64,000 nt of DNA from Anthoceros angustus (lineage: Eukaryota; Plantae; Anthocerotophyta). The notes beneath the pieces are model-generated. The model worked only from the letters and a program-made list of their open reading frames with translations. It was not told where the DNA came from and searched no databases. The stretch spans positions 765,901 through 829,900 of the forward strand of contig MU008187.1 of assembly GCA_010909165.1 (NCBI GenBank), read 5' to 3'. Positions 45,902 to 60,960 of the stretch are shown here, in pieces; the first letter of the stretch is position 1, and each line of letters starts with the position of its first letter. A program made the translations under genes and the position numbers.

Positions 45902-46646
45902 AAGCTGTGGGTGAGCGATTGTGGTGCCCCGGACGGAACAGCGAGACGGAGTTGCAGGCTAGTGAAGATTTGTCGGGAGGTTAACGGGATGCAGCGAGGA
46001 GGACAGGGGGTGGAGAAAGGCAAACAAGGAGGTGGTGGTAGACCTGTCGGAATCGGGAAGGGAGTGATGTGAGATTGACGGCAGGGCACCATGAACGACC
46101 GTCTCGCATAGCGGCCGATGCCTATCATCTCTGCCATGTTCTCCGATGCGCATGTGGCATGATATCTGCCAAAGTTCTCCACCTGGGAGCATTGTGACTG
46201 GTGAACCAGTCCGTTTGGTACTCCCGCAATCGCTTGCTGCCGCTGAGGACTCTGGAGTTTCATATGCCAAGCCGGCCGCCGATTCCATGGTGGAATTGGC
46301 AGCTTGGTACCTCTACTCTGTTCTGCTGTTTTGCGTTGGCTGAGCGGATGGCAGGAAATGGAGAGTGCAGAATTGTTCACACCGAGCTGTTTGCGCGCAG
46401 AGAGGTTTGAGCGTGAGGAGGATCCATCTAAAAGGCACAGTGGCAATTTTGAAGGCGGACTCGTCGTAGGGCGAGATCCACTTCTACAGCTACTACACCC
46501 AGGGCACTCCTGCGGCCAGGCCGTCCTCATTCCTGTTCTCGCACCCCAACTACTTCACGGTTTTGAACAGGATATCCTCTCTACATGTATGTATGTACAA
46601 CGTTGATAAAAACATGCCCCAACCACTCAGCGACTCGCATTGTCCC

Positions 46647-46750
46647 AGCGTCCCGGGACGTTTACAGCCCTGCGCGTCCCGGGACGTTTACAGCCCCGCG
46701 CGTCCCGGGACGTTTACAGCCCCGCGCGTCCCGGGACGTTTACAGCTCCG
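46647..46750. repeat. 26-bp tandem repeat x4 with a 12-bp palindromic core
   Basis: CGTCCCGGGACG at 46649, 46675, 46701 and 46727, each followed by TTTACAGC. Confidence 0.92.
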
Positions 46751-48577
46751 GCGCTCGGGACTCTTAATAGACTACATTTCAAGGACTTAATGATACTTTC
46801 TAAATAGTCTAGTTATTATTTGTTAGGTGGACTATTTGTTTAGTGCTAATTAAGTTTTTCAGCATGATTAGTTAAGGATACCTAGGTCAATTAGCTGCAG
46901 GTTAGGGCTGACTGTAGGTGCTAGTGTGTGTACCCAGCACGGCTGGGGCAAGGGAGCTGCTGCTCAACGTGCAGCAGCTGACACGGAGCGAAGCGTGGGC
47001 AAGGCAATCATGATCCGAAGGCCTGGTGTTGTGGGCGGTTGTAGCCCAAATCGGAGTGTGGGCACAAGGGGAGCGGGCCAGCGCAAAAGGGCCAGGAGGA
47101 GGCCAGTCTGGCTGCTGCTGAAGTCATGGACGAATCTTGAGGAATTTTTGCTCTTTCTCAATGCAATCTTGTGATTTCTTTGAATGCTGATTGCTGAGGA
47201 TGTGGGATGCAGTGTTTGGCGTGATTTCCAGGCCACTAGCCCCCTGAATCCGTGATTTGGGAGGCCCAATTTCAAGGGGCAGCAGCAACGCTCTGCTCGC
47301 CCTCTTGTTTACTTCAACAGCCCTGAGGATTTGAGGATGATTGGGCTCAAGGGAGGCCGCGGCATTACTACAGCACAATAGCATTCCTAGGGTGGCTCAA
47401 ATCCAGCACTCTAATCTTTCAAATCCAGCATTCTAATCTTTCAATCTGGCGCTGAGAGCTTGAGCGTGGAGGCAATGATTTTAGAGAAGGGGGTGCGGTA
47501 AGGCACTACAGCTGAGCAGCCGCCATTCATCGAGATTGGGGACCTCCACGGCTGCCCCACTATAGTTGCGTTGCAGATCTTCTCAGCATGCTGATTTGTT
47601 TCTGTAGCCACAACCAAATTTGATATTTTCCGCTGGGACTGGATTTGCTGGACAGTAGCTTCAAGTTCTTATGCCTTGGCGCTTTGAATTTTTCCAGCAC
47701 AAGATCAGCGATTTTGGGCGGGAATTAACCAAGCATTGCATTGAGCATTCACTGATTTTCCCTCATTTGGCTGATCTGATGTGATTTTCAAGGCTGATCC
47801 AGGTCGAGACAGGAGGGTTATATCACTGCTAATCAAGATTTCAAGATCGGCCGGTCTTGAGTTTTGTTGGTGCTTTGCTTTTCAATCAGTGGTGACCTCT
47901 TCTGCGTGCTTTCATGGGGAATGCACTCTGAGGAGGAGGATACAAGCCCATATTATAGGCTTCGAACTCGCAACATTTCCAGCCGAGTCATCCCTGAGCG
48001 CCCACAGCCTAGGAGGAGGAGGACAGCGAGGCGACAGCAGTAGTGGCTAGAGGAGGTGGAAGACGGTATCAGGCTCGGGATACCACCCTCTACCTCAAGA
48101 TTTGTAGCCAGCTGATCTCCCTTGACCGAGCTTACTACATCGCTGGTGCTGGACAACTTTGATTCCGAGGAGGAGCAGGCCCAGCCATACTCAGGTCAGT
48201 CTGTGGACAAGGGAAGAACGGTAGACTCCCCCTTATGAAGGTAATAGGAGTTGTTTTTGTTTTTTTTAGTGTTTGGTGTGAGGAATAAGGCGGAAAAGAA
48301 TGGTGAGCAGACGGGATTCAAGGGTCGCGTGTCCATGACGGTGGAAGAGGAGAGAGAGAGGAGGAAGCAAATGTATCTCTCTCATTGAGATGAGGCTCTG
48401 GGGGTATTTATACCCTCAATGAGCTCCTAGGAAGCTCCAAGAAGCCCCTAGGGCACAAGAAGCTTCCTAGTGATTAGCTTTAGCTAAACTAATGATATAG
48501 CGACACCTAACTTAGACTAAGTGTATTAGTCTAAGTACATTGAACTTTAATACCCTTACAAAAGAGAATGGACTACC

Positions 48578-51390
48578 TCATGCCCATCGATTGTCCGAGC
48601 TTGTGCAAATTGCTAGAGAGTCCCTTGGTAAGAATATCTGCGGGGTTACGGTGGTGTGAACCTTGACAAGTTGTACCCTCTTGTCATCCAACACCTCTCG
48701 AATGAAGTGATACTTCATCCACATGTTTAGTCTTCGCATGAAACCTTTGGATTCTTTGCCAATTGGATAGCACTCGGCTATCACAATGCAACAACGCGAC
48801 TCAACCTTGATCCCCAAGTCTCCCACTAAGCAGCAAGCCATATGGCTTCCTTGCAAGCCTCGATTCTTTTTAACATACTCGGCCTCTGTGGTAGATAGCG
48901 TAATGCACTGCAAGCGAGATCGCCATGAGGCCCCTCAGTGCACATGAAGACATAACGATGTGGACCTCCTTTTGTCCATATCCCGCATAATCGACATCTG
49001 TACCACACATGCATCTTCACTACCAAAACATATGCACAAAGCTTTTGTACCATTCGGATACCTCATAACTCCTTTTCGCCTCCCAATGCTTCTTGCGGGG
49101 TTTGACATAAACGCTAACCACTCCAAAGGCAATGTCGGACGTGTAGCAATCATTGCATACATCAAACTCCCTACAGTGAGTATGGGACCTTCTCCATTTC
49201 GACTTTGTCCTCCTCGAGCTTGGGCAATCCGGCAGAAAGTTTCACATATGGGCAATGGGTACCCAATGGCTTCCCCTTCTCCATGTTGAAGCGTTGAAGC
49301 ACCACATTAATGTATTAAAATGCAGACAAATAAAGCGGGGCTTATGCATTCGATGAATCGCATGCCAAGTATATGGCTCGCCTCTCCCAAGTCTGTCATT
49401 TCAAAGTGAGCATTCAACTTTGACTTGAAATCTCATCGATCTTGTTTAATTAGCATATCATCCACATAGAGGATCAAAATGAGCAAGCTTTGATCCTTAG
49501 CTTGCTTTATAGAGGCAATGATCCTCATCGTTTGTAGCCTTGAGAAAGCATAAATGAGTGGAACTTGTGATACCACTCTCACGGGTGCTGTTTCAAACCA
49601 TAAAGGCTCTTCCTCTGCACACATTCTCTTTGCCCTTCTCAACAAAACCTTGGTTCTTTGCATGTAGACGTCCTCTTGAAGGTCACCATGCAAGAATGCC
49701 GTCTTGACATCCATCATACAAGTTCCATATCATTCCAGCAAGCGCAGAACACACATAAAGTTGTCATTTTGACTCTTGGTGAGAAAATCTCATCAAAGTC
49801 AATGCACTTGTTGCTTGAAACCCTTAGCAACCAATCGTGCCTTGTACTTTGGTTTGCCATCAAGGTATGACCTTCATCTTGTACACCCATTTGCAGTGGT
49901 GCCTTCTTATCCTAAACCAGAACCAACTCCCAAGTTTGGTTCTTATGCGGTAATTCATTTACGCATGGCCTTCTCCCACTTCTCTTTGTTACTCATTGAC
50001 ATGGCCTCTTTGTAAGAAGGGTTCACAATCTGTCGGTAACACGAGATGGATCATACATCGAGGTCGTGTAATCTGCACGACCTCTGAAGCACACCTCTAT
50101 AGAGCTTGTTCGACTCTTGGTTCATCTACCGGTGGAGGAATGTGCTCTGCACATTACCGGTTATCAACTTCATGATGATCATGTCCATCTTCTTGGAAGA
50201 TCACCCTTCGCACCTCCACAGTTGGAGTAGGCTTCTGTGCATCTTGTTCTCATTGAAGAACACGTCGTTAGTCTGAACAACCTTTCTAGCCGGATCCCAC
50301 AAGCGGTATCCCATCTCACGGAATCACCATAGCCAAGAAAAATACATTTCTTGGACTTAGGTGCCAACTTGTCGAAACTCTTTTGGAACATGGCGGTATG
50401 CCTCACATAAACACTCGCGGATGCTTGTAGGATGGTTTCTTTCGGACCATAGCTCCTGGAACTGCTCATCAATGACCTTATTAGGAGATCATTAATAAGA
50501 TGAGCTGCGATGAACTTACAAAAACCCATTAGGCAATCGAGTTTGACAACAAACTCGCATCCTCTCTGAATGGTTACATTCATCCGCTCGGCCACACCAT
50601 TTTGTGGAGGAGTATCTGGTGATCAATTCTCTTTTGATTCCTTGGAATCACAGAATGGAAAGCTTTCGAAACATACTCTCCACCATTATGTGTCCTTAGA
50701 CACTTCAATCGGTGGGATTCTCTACAAGGGTGACAAATTTACGAAACAGTCGAACTTCATCCTTTTCCTCAAAGGATAAACCCACACCTTGCGTGAGAAA
50801 TCATCTATAAGTGACAAAATAGGAGGCACCGCCTAATGATGCGATGAGCATAGGTCCACATACATCACGTGAACCAACTCAAGAGGTTTACTCCTACTTT
50901 TACCTCTTGTTCGATGTGATGATTTTATTTTTCCCATATAGCTCACACATCGAGAGATCGAGAAGTTAAAACGAGGATATAACGAGAGATAAAACCTTCA
51001 TTCCCTTGAGACATATGTCCTAAGCAATGCCACAAGGAAACATTTGGTCTTTCTGTTACCGATTATATGATCTTTGGATGTGTTTACAGAAGTGAGTACA
51101 AAGTGCCACACTTCGATCCACGAGCTAACACAAGAGAACCTTTGGAGATTTTCCAAGAGTGATCCCCAAACCAGCAGTGGTAACCACCATCATCCAACTG
51201 TCTTGCGCTAATCATGCTTTTTGTCAACTTCGAAACATGCCTAACGTCCTTCAGCATGAATGAAGATCCGTTGTCAAACTTGAGTTGTACATCACCAACG
51301 CCTGCGATCTGGCATGTGTAGTTATTTCCAAGCCTAACACATCCTTTCCTTGTAGCATCATACGTGCTAAACCTGATGAAAATCATGCTA
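48578..51390 (-). mobile_element. Degenerate Ty1/Copia pol (gag-pre-integrase, integrase, RT, RNase H)
   Basis: WKISKGSLVLARGSKCGTLY; AERMNVT; KLAPKSKKCIFLGY; MDVKTAFLHGDLQEDVYM; LILYVDDMLI; STTEAEY. Confidence 0.92.
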
Positions 51391-53062
51391 AGCTCTAAGC
51401 ATAAAAGATGCTTGCATTACAATTGAATTAAGAAAGTAAAGAGTATGCCTTTATGTTGTGGTTAGTGTTACAACCATAAGTTGTTGTAACCACTAGGTAG
51501 TTGCATCTAATATAACAACTAACTACCTAGAGCAACTAATTAAGTAACTACTTAATGCCCTAGATATATATTAATGTTTAAGCAAGGTGCCCTAATGAAT
51601 AGTGCCCTAACCTAGATATATTTCATCACTCCCACTCTCTATGAATGTAGGTGTGAGAACTAGCTTCAGAACAAGGCTTAAAATATAAGTAGACTCCTAC
51701 TAAATCTAAAGTTATCGGCTTAAGAAAAATTACTAAAACTTAAGCTTATATAAGATAACCAAAAATAACTTCAAAAGTTTATTAACTAGAAAGGGAAAAA
51801 TTAGCCTAAAACTAAAACGCTAAACAAGCTATAGAAAATAGGCTAATAAGCTGGAAAAATAAAATCAAGCCTAAAACAGGAATTAATGACCAGGAAATAG
51901 GCCTGTAAATAGGATAAATAAAAGTGAAATAGAATGGGGAAAAATAGTTTAAAAGCCCAAATGGGCATATATTTTAATCGCCCGCCCAATCGATTGGTGG
52001 AAAAACCGGGGGTAGGTGCGGCCATTACGGCCAAGGGCCTACGGTGTCTAAACCCGTCGTCGGGTGCACGACATCTCGCGTGCCCACCGGGACAAGATCC
52101 CGGCCCATGGCGAGGCAACGCCTTCCGCCCGGCGCTTATGCGCCCGCTGGCTTCAAGCGCCTGCATCGCAGACGCTGAGCGGCAGCGCCAACAGATATGC
52201 GGCGCGCGAGCGCGCTACTTAGACGGGACACGCGCCGAGACGTTGCCTACCAGGCCCTCGTCCAGCCATACCGCTGTACATTTCGGTGATTGCGCCGAGG
52301 CCGGGCTCCACGATTCTCGCCGATGTTGATGTTCCCGTGCAAACTTGGAGTCCAGCCTATCGCTGGGATGAGGTTGAAGATGCCGATGATGTATCGATTT
52401 CTCAATATTCAGACAAGGATTAGCAAATCACAAGTCTTGGTTGAAGATCTTGGAAATCCAGCTAGCAAACGTGAGTCCCATAAAATAAACACCTTATTTC
52501 TGGTATTTCGAAATTACCAAAAATATCTCTGCATTTTCATTGCTTCTCTTTCCTAATCACTTTGCTTGTTATTAGGTGCCGGTGAAGTCCCCTATCGACA
52601 ATCTTCACCACCTTCATCAAGGAGCCGTAGTGAAGATCATAACATACCGGAGTTGCCCAATTTTCGCAGGATCCGAGCTTCGTTGCCTAGTTCACCAATG
52701 ACGACGGATCCACTAGGCTATGACGACCTTGAAGTGGAGCCTGATGAAGATGAGTTCACCGGTGATTCGATGAAGACACCTCGCCAAGCTGTATGTGAGG
52801 GAAGCCCAAGCTGGAGATGGTATGGCTAGGTGCTTCCACATGTGAGGAGTATGAAGGACATACGAAACACCTTTACAGTAAGTTTACATACAAGTTAGTA
52901 ACTTTAATATTTTTCACTATTTCCAAACTTGACTTCTAAGTTTTATGTATAGAATCTGTTTGGGCATTGGAGCGGGAAGCTAAGGAGTATATGGAGGACT
53001 ACTTAGAAATAGAAGCAGAACTTGAGATGCTAGACCGACTATGTGGTTTGTAGTTAGTTCCA

Positions 53063-53380
53063 CTAGCTTACTATGTTAGTATTGACCTCATGTATTCCTA
53101 AACTTTTCATGTGTCTAAGATGTAAATCACGACCTAATGACTTGGTTAATATATCGGCCGGATTTTCCTGAGTTTGGATGTAATTTATGTCTATTGCTTT
53201 GTAACCTAGCATTTCCCGAATGTAATGGTATTCAATTGCTATGTGCTTTGTTCTGGAGTGGAAGACGGGATTTCTAGCTAAGGCTATGGCCCCTTGACTA
53301 TCACTGAACAAAGGTGTGGGATTATGTTGGGGTGACCAAGTTCGCCTCAAAGCTAACCCACACCAAACTATATCTTTGAG
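53063..53380 (-). mobile_element. Copia RNase H fragment from a second element
   Basis: SDSQGAIALARNPVFHSRTKHIAIEYHYIRE...ENPADILTKSL. Confidence 0.88.
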
Positions 53381-53899
53381 ACCTGAGGTTAGAACTCTAT
53401 ACTGCACTCGGTTTCGATAAAGCAATTGTAGGTTGTTTCTTACTTGACCAAGAGATTGGAGCACCTCCTTAGTAGAACATAGCGACATGATTACGGTGTT
53501 CGATCATCGTATAGTCGATCAAAGATATGTCATTAGGATTAAAACAATCTTCTCAATATCGCCATGGATTCTTGAAAGCCTTTTTGCGCTTTAAGTGAGG
53601 TTGCCACCTATCTCATATCAACCAAAACAAGTGTTTTAAAAATAGATGTGCTTAACGGCAGGTTCTACTAAGAACAAAGTAAGTAAAATAGAATTTCTTT
53701 CCAATGTATGCATCGCTGTTTCAAGCACGGTTGTCCGGCCGCATCTCATAGACATACCGCCACGGAAAGGCAGTGTGAGCCGCCATTATGGATCCAAAAA
53801 AGGCAGTATGCATTCAAATCAAATTCAGGCATTTTCCACGAAGAGTCAAAAACGGGAATTATACCGGTTAACCGGACAGAGCCCCTACTGTCTACAAGT

Positions 53900-56800
53900 C
53901 CTGCTACCCAAAGGGTCATCTACTTCAACCAAATTGAGTCCGAACTGCACCGCTTTCTACATTTTCCAAAGCCGCCTTTCCGTCACCAAAGTCATCACCT
54001 TCAACTGCAAAACAGAAACGCCGAGCCTGTTGTCTCATGGGTAGTGTGCCGCTTTTCATCCCATATTGTCAATGCCGCTTCTTCAACCGCCGGTCGCCCC
54101 TGGGTCTCAGGAGTCCTTCATTCGACCTTCTTTCCAAGCAAGCTATACACTTGCATTTTCCTCAATGCCCCGCATGCATCTCCTTTGCCCAAAACTTGCT
54201 GGCCCCGCAAAACTTATCTCTGTTATTTCTTCGAACTCGTCCCGGCACCGCCCAACCTGCTCACTGCTAGACATATACATTGAGCATCGTATGCCTTTTG
54301 TCAATGGCCACAACGCTCCTTTCCGCTGTATCCCGCCACCAAAATGATCCCGATCCCGCAGACAAACAATCCAATGTTTTCGTTGGAGAACATGTTCACC
54401 AACATGCCTAATAAGCCCACAGGTTTCGATATGGCGATATACCATCTTATCACCAGCAGGTGGTAAATCGCCTTCTTCACCACCCCATGCCTGATAACTC
54501 TTGGCAGCACTGCTTGATGTCTTTGCCGAAAAAGAGGAGCTTTTCCGACATTGACTGCCCTCACCGCGCTCCCGCCAAATATTCCACTGCTTCAACAAGA
54601 CCACCGTAGGTGGGATGTTGGTTTCTCCCATACCAGGTTTGTAATGACTCCTTTCCACGCAAGACCTCAAAGCCTCCCCGGCTTGAATCACCCCATCCAC
54701 CCCATGCATAAGAATTATCCTAACACATCGTCAGTGGTCTTCTCGCTGAAAGAGCTGATGATCTCTTTCAATTCTTCTTCAACGAAAGCCTTGTCATTCT
54801 CATGTCAGAAACCCCGAGGGAGGTCGCAGAAAAGAAGAGTATACCTCCTGTGGCAAAAATCCTTTCATATCCAAAATGTCTCGATGCACCACCGATGCCA
54901 CTTTGTCCAAGACCTGTGCACTCAAATCGCCACCGCATCCATGTCCTTGTCGGCCATTTGTTTTCGCTTCTTCCATCCGCTTCAGCCATCGCTTATAAAC
55001 AAAATCTTGAAAGGTTTTGGAAGCTTTTCCAAATCCTCAATGTCTCCTTGCTCGCAAGCAATGACTGGTCGACAACTCATTGACAGAAGTGGAGGCGCTG
55101 CCGCACTCCATTGGGTGGCGCCTCAAGTCCGCTGGGAATGCTGAGTGCGCCCACGGACCTGACTCTTCCACCCGCCCACGAAAAAACATTAGTGGCACGG
55201 CCACCACAAGATTGCGTGGGCACGGGCGCCCCACAAGACAAATAAACGAAACGAATACTTTACCACTTTCGCAAAAGTCGCTTGAACTTCGCCTTTTGGG
55301 GAACTGCTTGGCTTACTAAGGTGGCACACTTCATAGCCTTCAAAGGCATGCTCGATAAGGTTAATCTTCTTCCGCTGCAACATCTGATATCCATATCTTT
55401 TAGCTGCAGCTTCTTGATGACCTTCTCGGGTCACACTATCAACATCTTCACCTTCTCGCCCTTGGGACTCCTTGAATGCTCTCCATGCCCTTCCGAGCAT
55501 TGGAGCCGGACGAGGGGGCCGCCAGGGACCGCTGCCTGTCTGGGTCTTGTGGCTTGCTTTCGCCGCCTGCCGCCCCGACTGCGTGCTCCCGCCGCCTGGG
55601 AGTTCGCACTTCTCCCACATCCGGAAAATGGTGTCCACGTTTCTCCCAATTTACCGCACTGCAATCCTCAACGGCAACGCAGTCTTCCGCCCACCATCTT
55701 CGACATAATCGTATCCTTGAGTTTCCACCTCCTCCAAAGATCCCCAAAGAACTTGTACACATTGAACTTCCACCGCATACATGAGGTTTTCCATCTGTGT
55801 CCGGTACAAATCTCAAGCTCATCATGTATGTAGTTCAATAAAACCAAGCTTCTTCCTCTGTCTATACACATTGTGATCAATCACAAGACCCGTGATTTCT
55901 TCCTCCGCTCATATGTATACATGGCCTCGAGCCATTGAAATTTATCTTCACGGATACATTTCTGCATGGTTCGCATGGCAAGATAGCAATGGTTCCCTCC
56001 CAAAGACCCCTAGGTGTAATGCTCGGGCTCGATCTCCTCCGGTCCAGATCTTCTTCTTCAAGCACCGGCCGGATCAATCATGCACAAAAGTGGAGCGCCC
56101 TTCCTTCATGTGACCTCGCATCTGCTAACAAGGCACTTCATCCATGCCTCATCCACCTTCCTTATCTCGAGCATCCGCCGTTAGAAATGAAGCAGACGAA
56201 AAATGAATGTGAATGTCGAATGTGTGGTTTGCACCCGCTTGTAGGCCCGAGTGCGAACCATCTCCGTGTAGTCATCCTCCCGCGAAGGAGGAGCTCTGCT
56301 GGGCATCCGTCACCGTCCGCAACCTCTCTTCGCATGCTTCCTCGATTTCCTTAATTTTTCCGCCCCCCACTCTTCTCCATCACCACCGAGATCTTGCCTT
56401 CCTCTTCGCTTGATTGCGCTCTCGCATGGAAATCAAAACAAGATGCTTCAATTTACATGCGTCAATCATGGAGGGCGGCTGTTAGGAGCATTCTTACCAC
56501 CATTCGCCTTCTCATCTTCAATCGAGACCGACAGATGGATTCCCTTCTTCTTCTTCCCTCGGCGCTGCTGCCGACCGGGGTCCTTCTGACGAGGAGGGGT
56601 CCTCCTCCTCAAAAGCCTCTCTCAAGACCCCGAGTTGACATGTTGCAGCCATGGACAGCCTCGCCTGTGCTCGCCTATCGGACCTCGAGGCCGAGAGATC
56701 GCCTCCTCTTCCGGAGAGCTCGCTCGCTCGCCACCGGAACCTCGCCTCCTCCATCTCTGTATAATCCGGCATCGCTGGTCAGACACAACCCACCGCCCGC

Positions 56801-58700
56801 CTCGACATACAAGGACGACCGCACTACCGCCGCCTGATCACCAGCCGATCACTACACTACTGCTTCAAGACCCTTCAAGAAGCGGAGTAGAACGCAAAAT
56901 TGTTCTCTGCTCATTTTATAGAGGAAAACAATGAGTAACCAAAGATGGGCTAAACCCCTAATCGAAAATGGAAGTGATACATGACCGATATACAACCGAC
57001 TTACATCTTGAACACTTTTGAATCACGCAAGGCCGATTTCAACTCCGGCTCACAACGACGAGGCATTATCTTGGCAAGATCCATTATCGCAGGAGATGTG
57101 TGTTGATGTCATCGCTTATGTGCAAATGAGGTTTCTGGTGGTGACCAAAATATGTGCATATCTTCGCCATTCCCATCAAGGTATTAGAATCCATCCATTT
57201 GCTCGAATCCTCAATACCATTGTAACTGCTAATCCATAAGGCCGAGTGGAATCCAAGGCGCACTGGATCTTCGGTTCTTCTCGCAACAACGCCCACTTTG
57301 TCCGTGTTGTACCGCTGAAGAGAATCGAGCTTTTCACCAAAAGCCGCTCCACAAAGTTAAAAGCATGAGGAATCGCAGGATCGCATTTCCACCGAGGTTG
57401 GTGCTCCCTGGCCATCAATGTCTTCATATCCTCCGCTGAGTACCCTTGAGGTGGACGCCCGACACTACCATGAGAGGATTCTTAATTGCATAATAGCGGG
57501 GTTATCACATTCTGGGATCCGTGATCCCTCATCCGTACGCGCTTGCATGATCCGCCGCTTTGCACCAACGCTACCGCCGCTCGATGCGTGGCGGCGCCAA
57601 CGCAGCTGGGGTCGATGCATGCTTGTTGCCCAGAGCGCCCTCGCGATCACCATCCCGCAATCTTCAAAAACCTGTGCGGTTAAGGGAGGAAGTAATTGAT
57701 CCTGATCTCGTCAACTCTTGATGAAAAGGAGAGGCTCGAGCTGTGGAAATGAAATATGGATGTTTGAACTGCATCAACGGATTACGATAAAGCCTTAACA
57801 CATGCAGTTACGCTTAAACGCTCTGAAATAGTAAGGCAGTGAGGTTCACTAAACACGCCATCATTCATTTAAGCTCAAAGGTTAAAATAGGTCCATTTAC
57901 AATTCGGTCATGCATCCACCTCAACTTATGCCATCATTTTCTAACCTGATTGGTGTGCACTCTCATCCAGGTCCATCAATAGCAAAAACAAGGTCTCCTT
58001 AGGACTGGTGGACGGCCTCGTCACTAGTTGGAAGGGTGTACACTGGGTAAAGGTACAAAGCCACCCAAAACCATGTTTTCCGATTTCATTAAAAACCCCT
58101 AAACCTAGGAGCAAATCATAGAGGAACTGCTTTCCCGTATTTGTATGTCCTCATCTCATATTAGTTTGGCTAACCAGCGGGTACATTACCTATAAACGCA
58201 GATTTGAAAATCGTGCAACTTTGTATGGACAACAAAAATACAAACGCCAAGAATGGAAAATCCATATGTGTTGAGTCTGTCCACCGTCATGGTCACCTCT
58301 ACATTAGTGGGAGGGTCGTGGTGGCACCGGACGCTCGCATAAACCTTGCATCTCCCCGCCCAATGCTCAAGCAGGAGTGGAGGAAGATTTTGACCGCCTT
58401 CCGCCATGTTCAGACACGCGAGCCGCGACCCCGTCGAATCGCTTGAAGGCTTGCCACCGCCTCGAATATTTGCATGCGATGGAGACCTCACCTCGACAAC
58501 CGACCATCAAACGAGAATTCCACATGGCGATGGAAAATGGTTGACCGCACTGGTGGCAATCACAACATGGGCAGTTCCTTTCAATCACGCCTGAGTGATC
58601 CCGCCTCCTTCATTGCTTGGTCCTTAAGGAATTTCGTTGAGGCGGAGTCGGCAAAGGCAAACTCGTGACATCAAGGTAACGTGTTGATCAACACCGGATT
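53900..58700 (-). mobile_element. Heavily decayed coding relic, possibly a Mutator-like DNA transposon
   Basis: Only scattered peptide hints (ALDST..YGL, a Cys/His cluster near 54900, ETCGL and KHWIV); no continuous frame. Confidence 0.3.
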
Positions 58701-59139
58701 CCACTACCGCTGGAGCAAAGCAGAATGGTGTGGAGGGCAAAGGAGCACCCGATATGTCCAGTGTACTTACCGTGGTCAAGGATAAAATTGGAGAAAGTCA
58801 TATGCTATACATGTGTACCGAGTGTGTTAAAAGTATATGTGAAAGCAGTTGAACATCGTGTTTCTCAAGTTGATTGTCACATGACATCCATTGTCATCTG
58901 ACACCTGTTTTATCTCGTGGGTTTACAACATACATAGTCTTCCCAGCGGGGAGTGTGGACTCCTGACTGGACTTCTGGGGTTAGAAATTAGTGGTGTAGG
59001 GTTTTGTTTTTGTGGGGTACACCACAAGGAGGGGCTACCTTTACAAATGGGTCTAAGTTTAGTTAGAGGAAACTACAACACTCTTACTCTGACTCAAAGC
59101 CCTTGTAAGTTTTTGAACATTTACAACAAGGGTTCCTAA

Positions 59140-60230
59140 CTAATATGATGTGGCATGGATTTTACAAGGGGTTTGTTGACATGGCATGTTGACACGAATT
59201 TTACAACGGGATTTGTTGACATGGCATGTTGACACAAATTTTACAACGGGGTTTGTTGACATGGCTTGCTCGTTGACGTAATTGTGCATAAACTCTTTTG
59301 ATTTAGAAAACTATGGGGGTTATTTGTTAATAAAACTACATTTTGTTGAATTTATAATGACGTGGCATAAAGGATGTTGTAAACGGTACTTGTAAAAGAC
59401 GTTGTAAACCATGTTTGTTGTAGATGTGGTTGTAAATTGTGCAAGACTTGATTTTTGGAATAATACCATTTATTGGAATATCTATGAATAGATTTATTAT
59501 TTGCTGATGTGGCAAGTTCGTTGCAAATGATGTTGTAAATATGTTTCTGGATTTATGTTAGTTATGGGATTATCTTTTTTTTTTGTATTTACCGACGTGT
59601 CACATGCATTGTAGCTATGGTTAAAACGCATGAAAACCATTTTATATAAATATCTATAAATAAATTATATTATTTGACATGGCAAGCTCATTGCAAATAT
59701 CATTGTAAAATGGTTTCTCCAATTTATGTTATATTATTGGATTATTCATTTTATTGTATATTCTTGACGCGCACATGCGTCGTAACTATGGTTGTAAAAT
59801 GCACAAGCCAGCCAATATCCATGAATAAATATATTATTTGCTGATGTGGCATGTTTGTCATAAATGTAAAATTTTGGAAGAGACCTTTTCCTTATTTATG
59901 TAATTTATGAGGTTATATATTAGTAAGATTGGATGTGGCATGCCTTTTCCTTATTTATGTAATTTATGAGGTTATATATTAGATCGATGTGGCATGCCTT
60001 TTCCTTATTTATGTAATTTATGAGGTTATATATTAGTAAGATTGCGATGTGGCATGCTTGTAAAATGTAAATATGTGGAAGAGACCTTTTCCGATTTATG
60101 TCATTTATGAGGCTATATATTAGTGAAATTGCGATGTGGCATGTTCATTGCAAATACATTGTAAAATGTTATACAAATTTATCGATTTATAAATAGTGCC
60201 ATTGTAAATGTCGGTGTAAGAATTTTCCTA
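59140..60230. repeat. AT-rich array of GATGTGGCATG / TTGTAAA motifs with local tandem copies, transposon-subterminal-like
   Basis: More than 12 TGTGGCA/CATGGCA cores; CCTTTTCCTTATTTATGTAATTTATGAGGTTATATATTAG repeated at 59884-60125. Confidence 0.7.
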
Positions 60231-60289
60231 GCCAAGTCAAAACGAGGCATGCATCTTGGCATCAGGTCCACCGAAGCGCCCACAAGTCG

Positions 60290-60960
60290 TTATCCAAATG
60301 TCCTCTTTGCACAAGTGAGTGCTACACCGCCCTTCCAGAAGGCACCAATGCTTGCACATGCCTTCAAAAGGCAAGCAAAAGTAACCTCATCGCCCACAAG
60401 CGGCCCTCCTGTTGCATTCGTCCATACAAAAATAGCGCCTCTTGACCAAGCCCTTCGTCCATACCCAATCGGGCATTCCAAGTCACCACATCCTTTGGGC
60501 TCAAGCATTGAAAAACTTGATGCGCATCTTCTACTTCGCCACACTTTGCCTACATGTCCACCGCAAGTGCCCACAAGTGTGTTATCTAGTCCTCTCTCCA
60601 CAACTGAGTGCACCGCCTTCAGTAAGGCACTTGCGTTTGCACAGCCTTAAGGCAAGCAAAGGTAACATGGTTGCCCACAATCGCCCTCCTTCTCCATTTG
60701 TCCATATGAACAAGCGCCTCTGCCCATGATTTGCATACCCAACTATCGTAGGCCCATGTCACGACATCCTTTCCTAACCTATCGAAACCGTGTGCTCTCT
60801 TCCATTCACCATACTATGCGTACATGTCCACCGCATTGGCAAACAAGTTCGGTGGAATGTCACTAAACATATCATGCCGCACTTTTCGCTAGATTCCGTG
60901 TCCACAAAGAAATGCACAAGCTTGAAGGGTCACTACAAAGATGTGGGCATCCGCCTTCAC
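60290..60960 (-). pseudogene. Decayed PLS-PPR pseudogene of the same family
   Basis: HSVVERGLDNTLVGT, EVTFACLLKACASIGA; 60900-60960 resembles GVKADAHVFVAALQACA at 38873. Confidence 0.75.
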
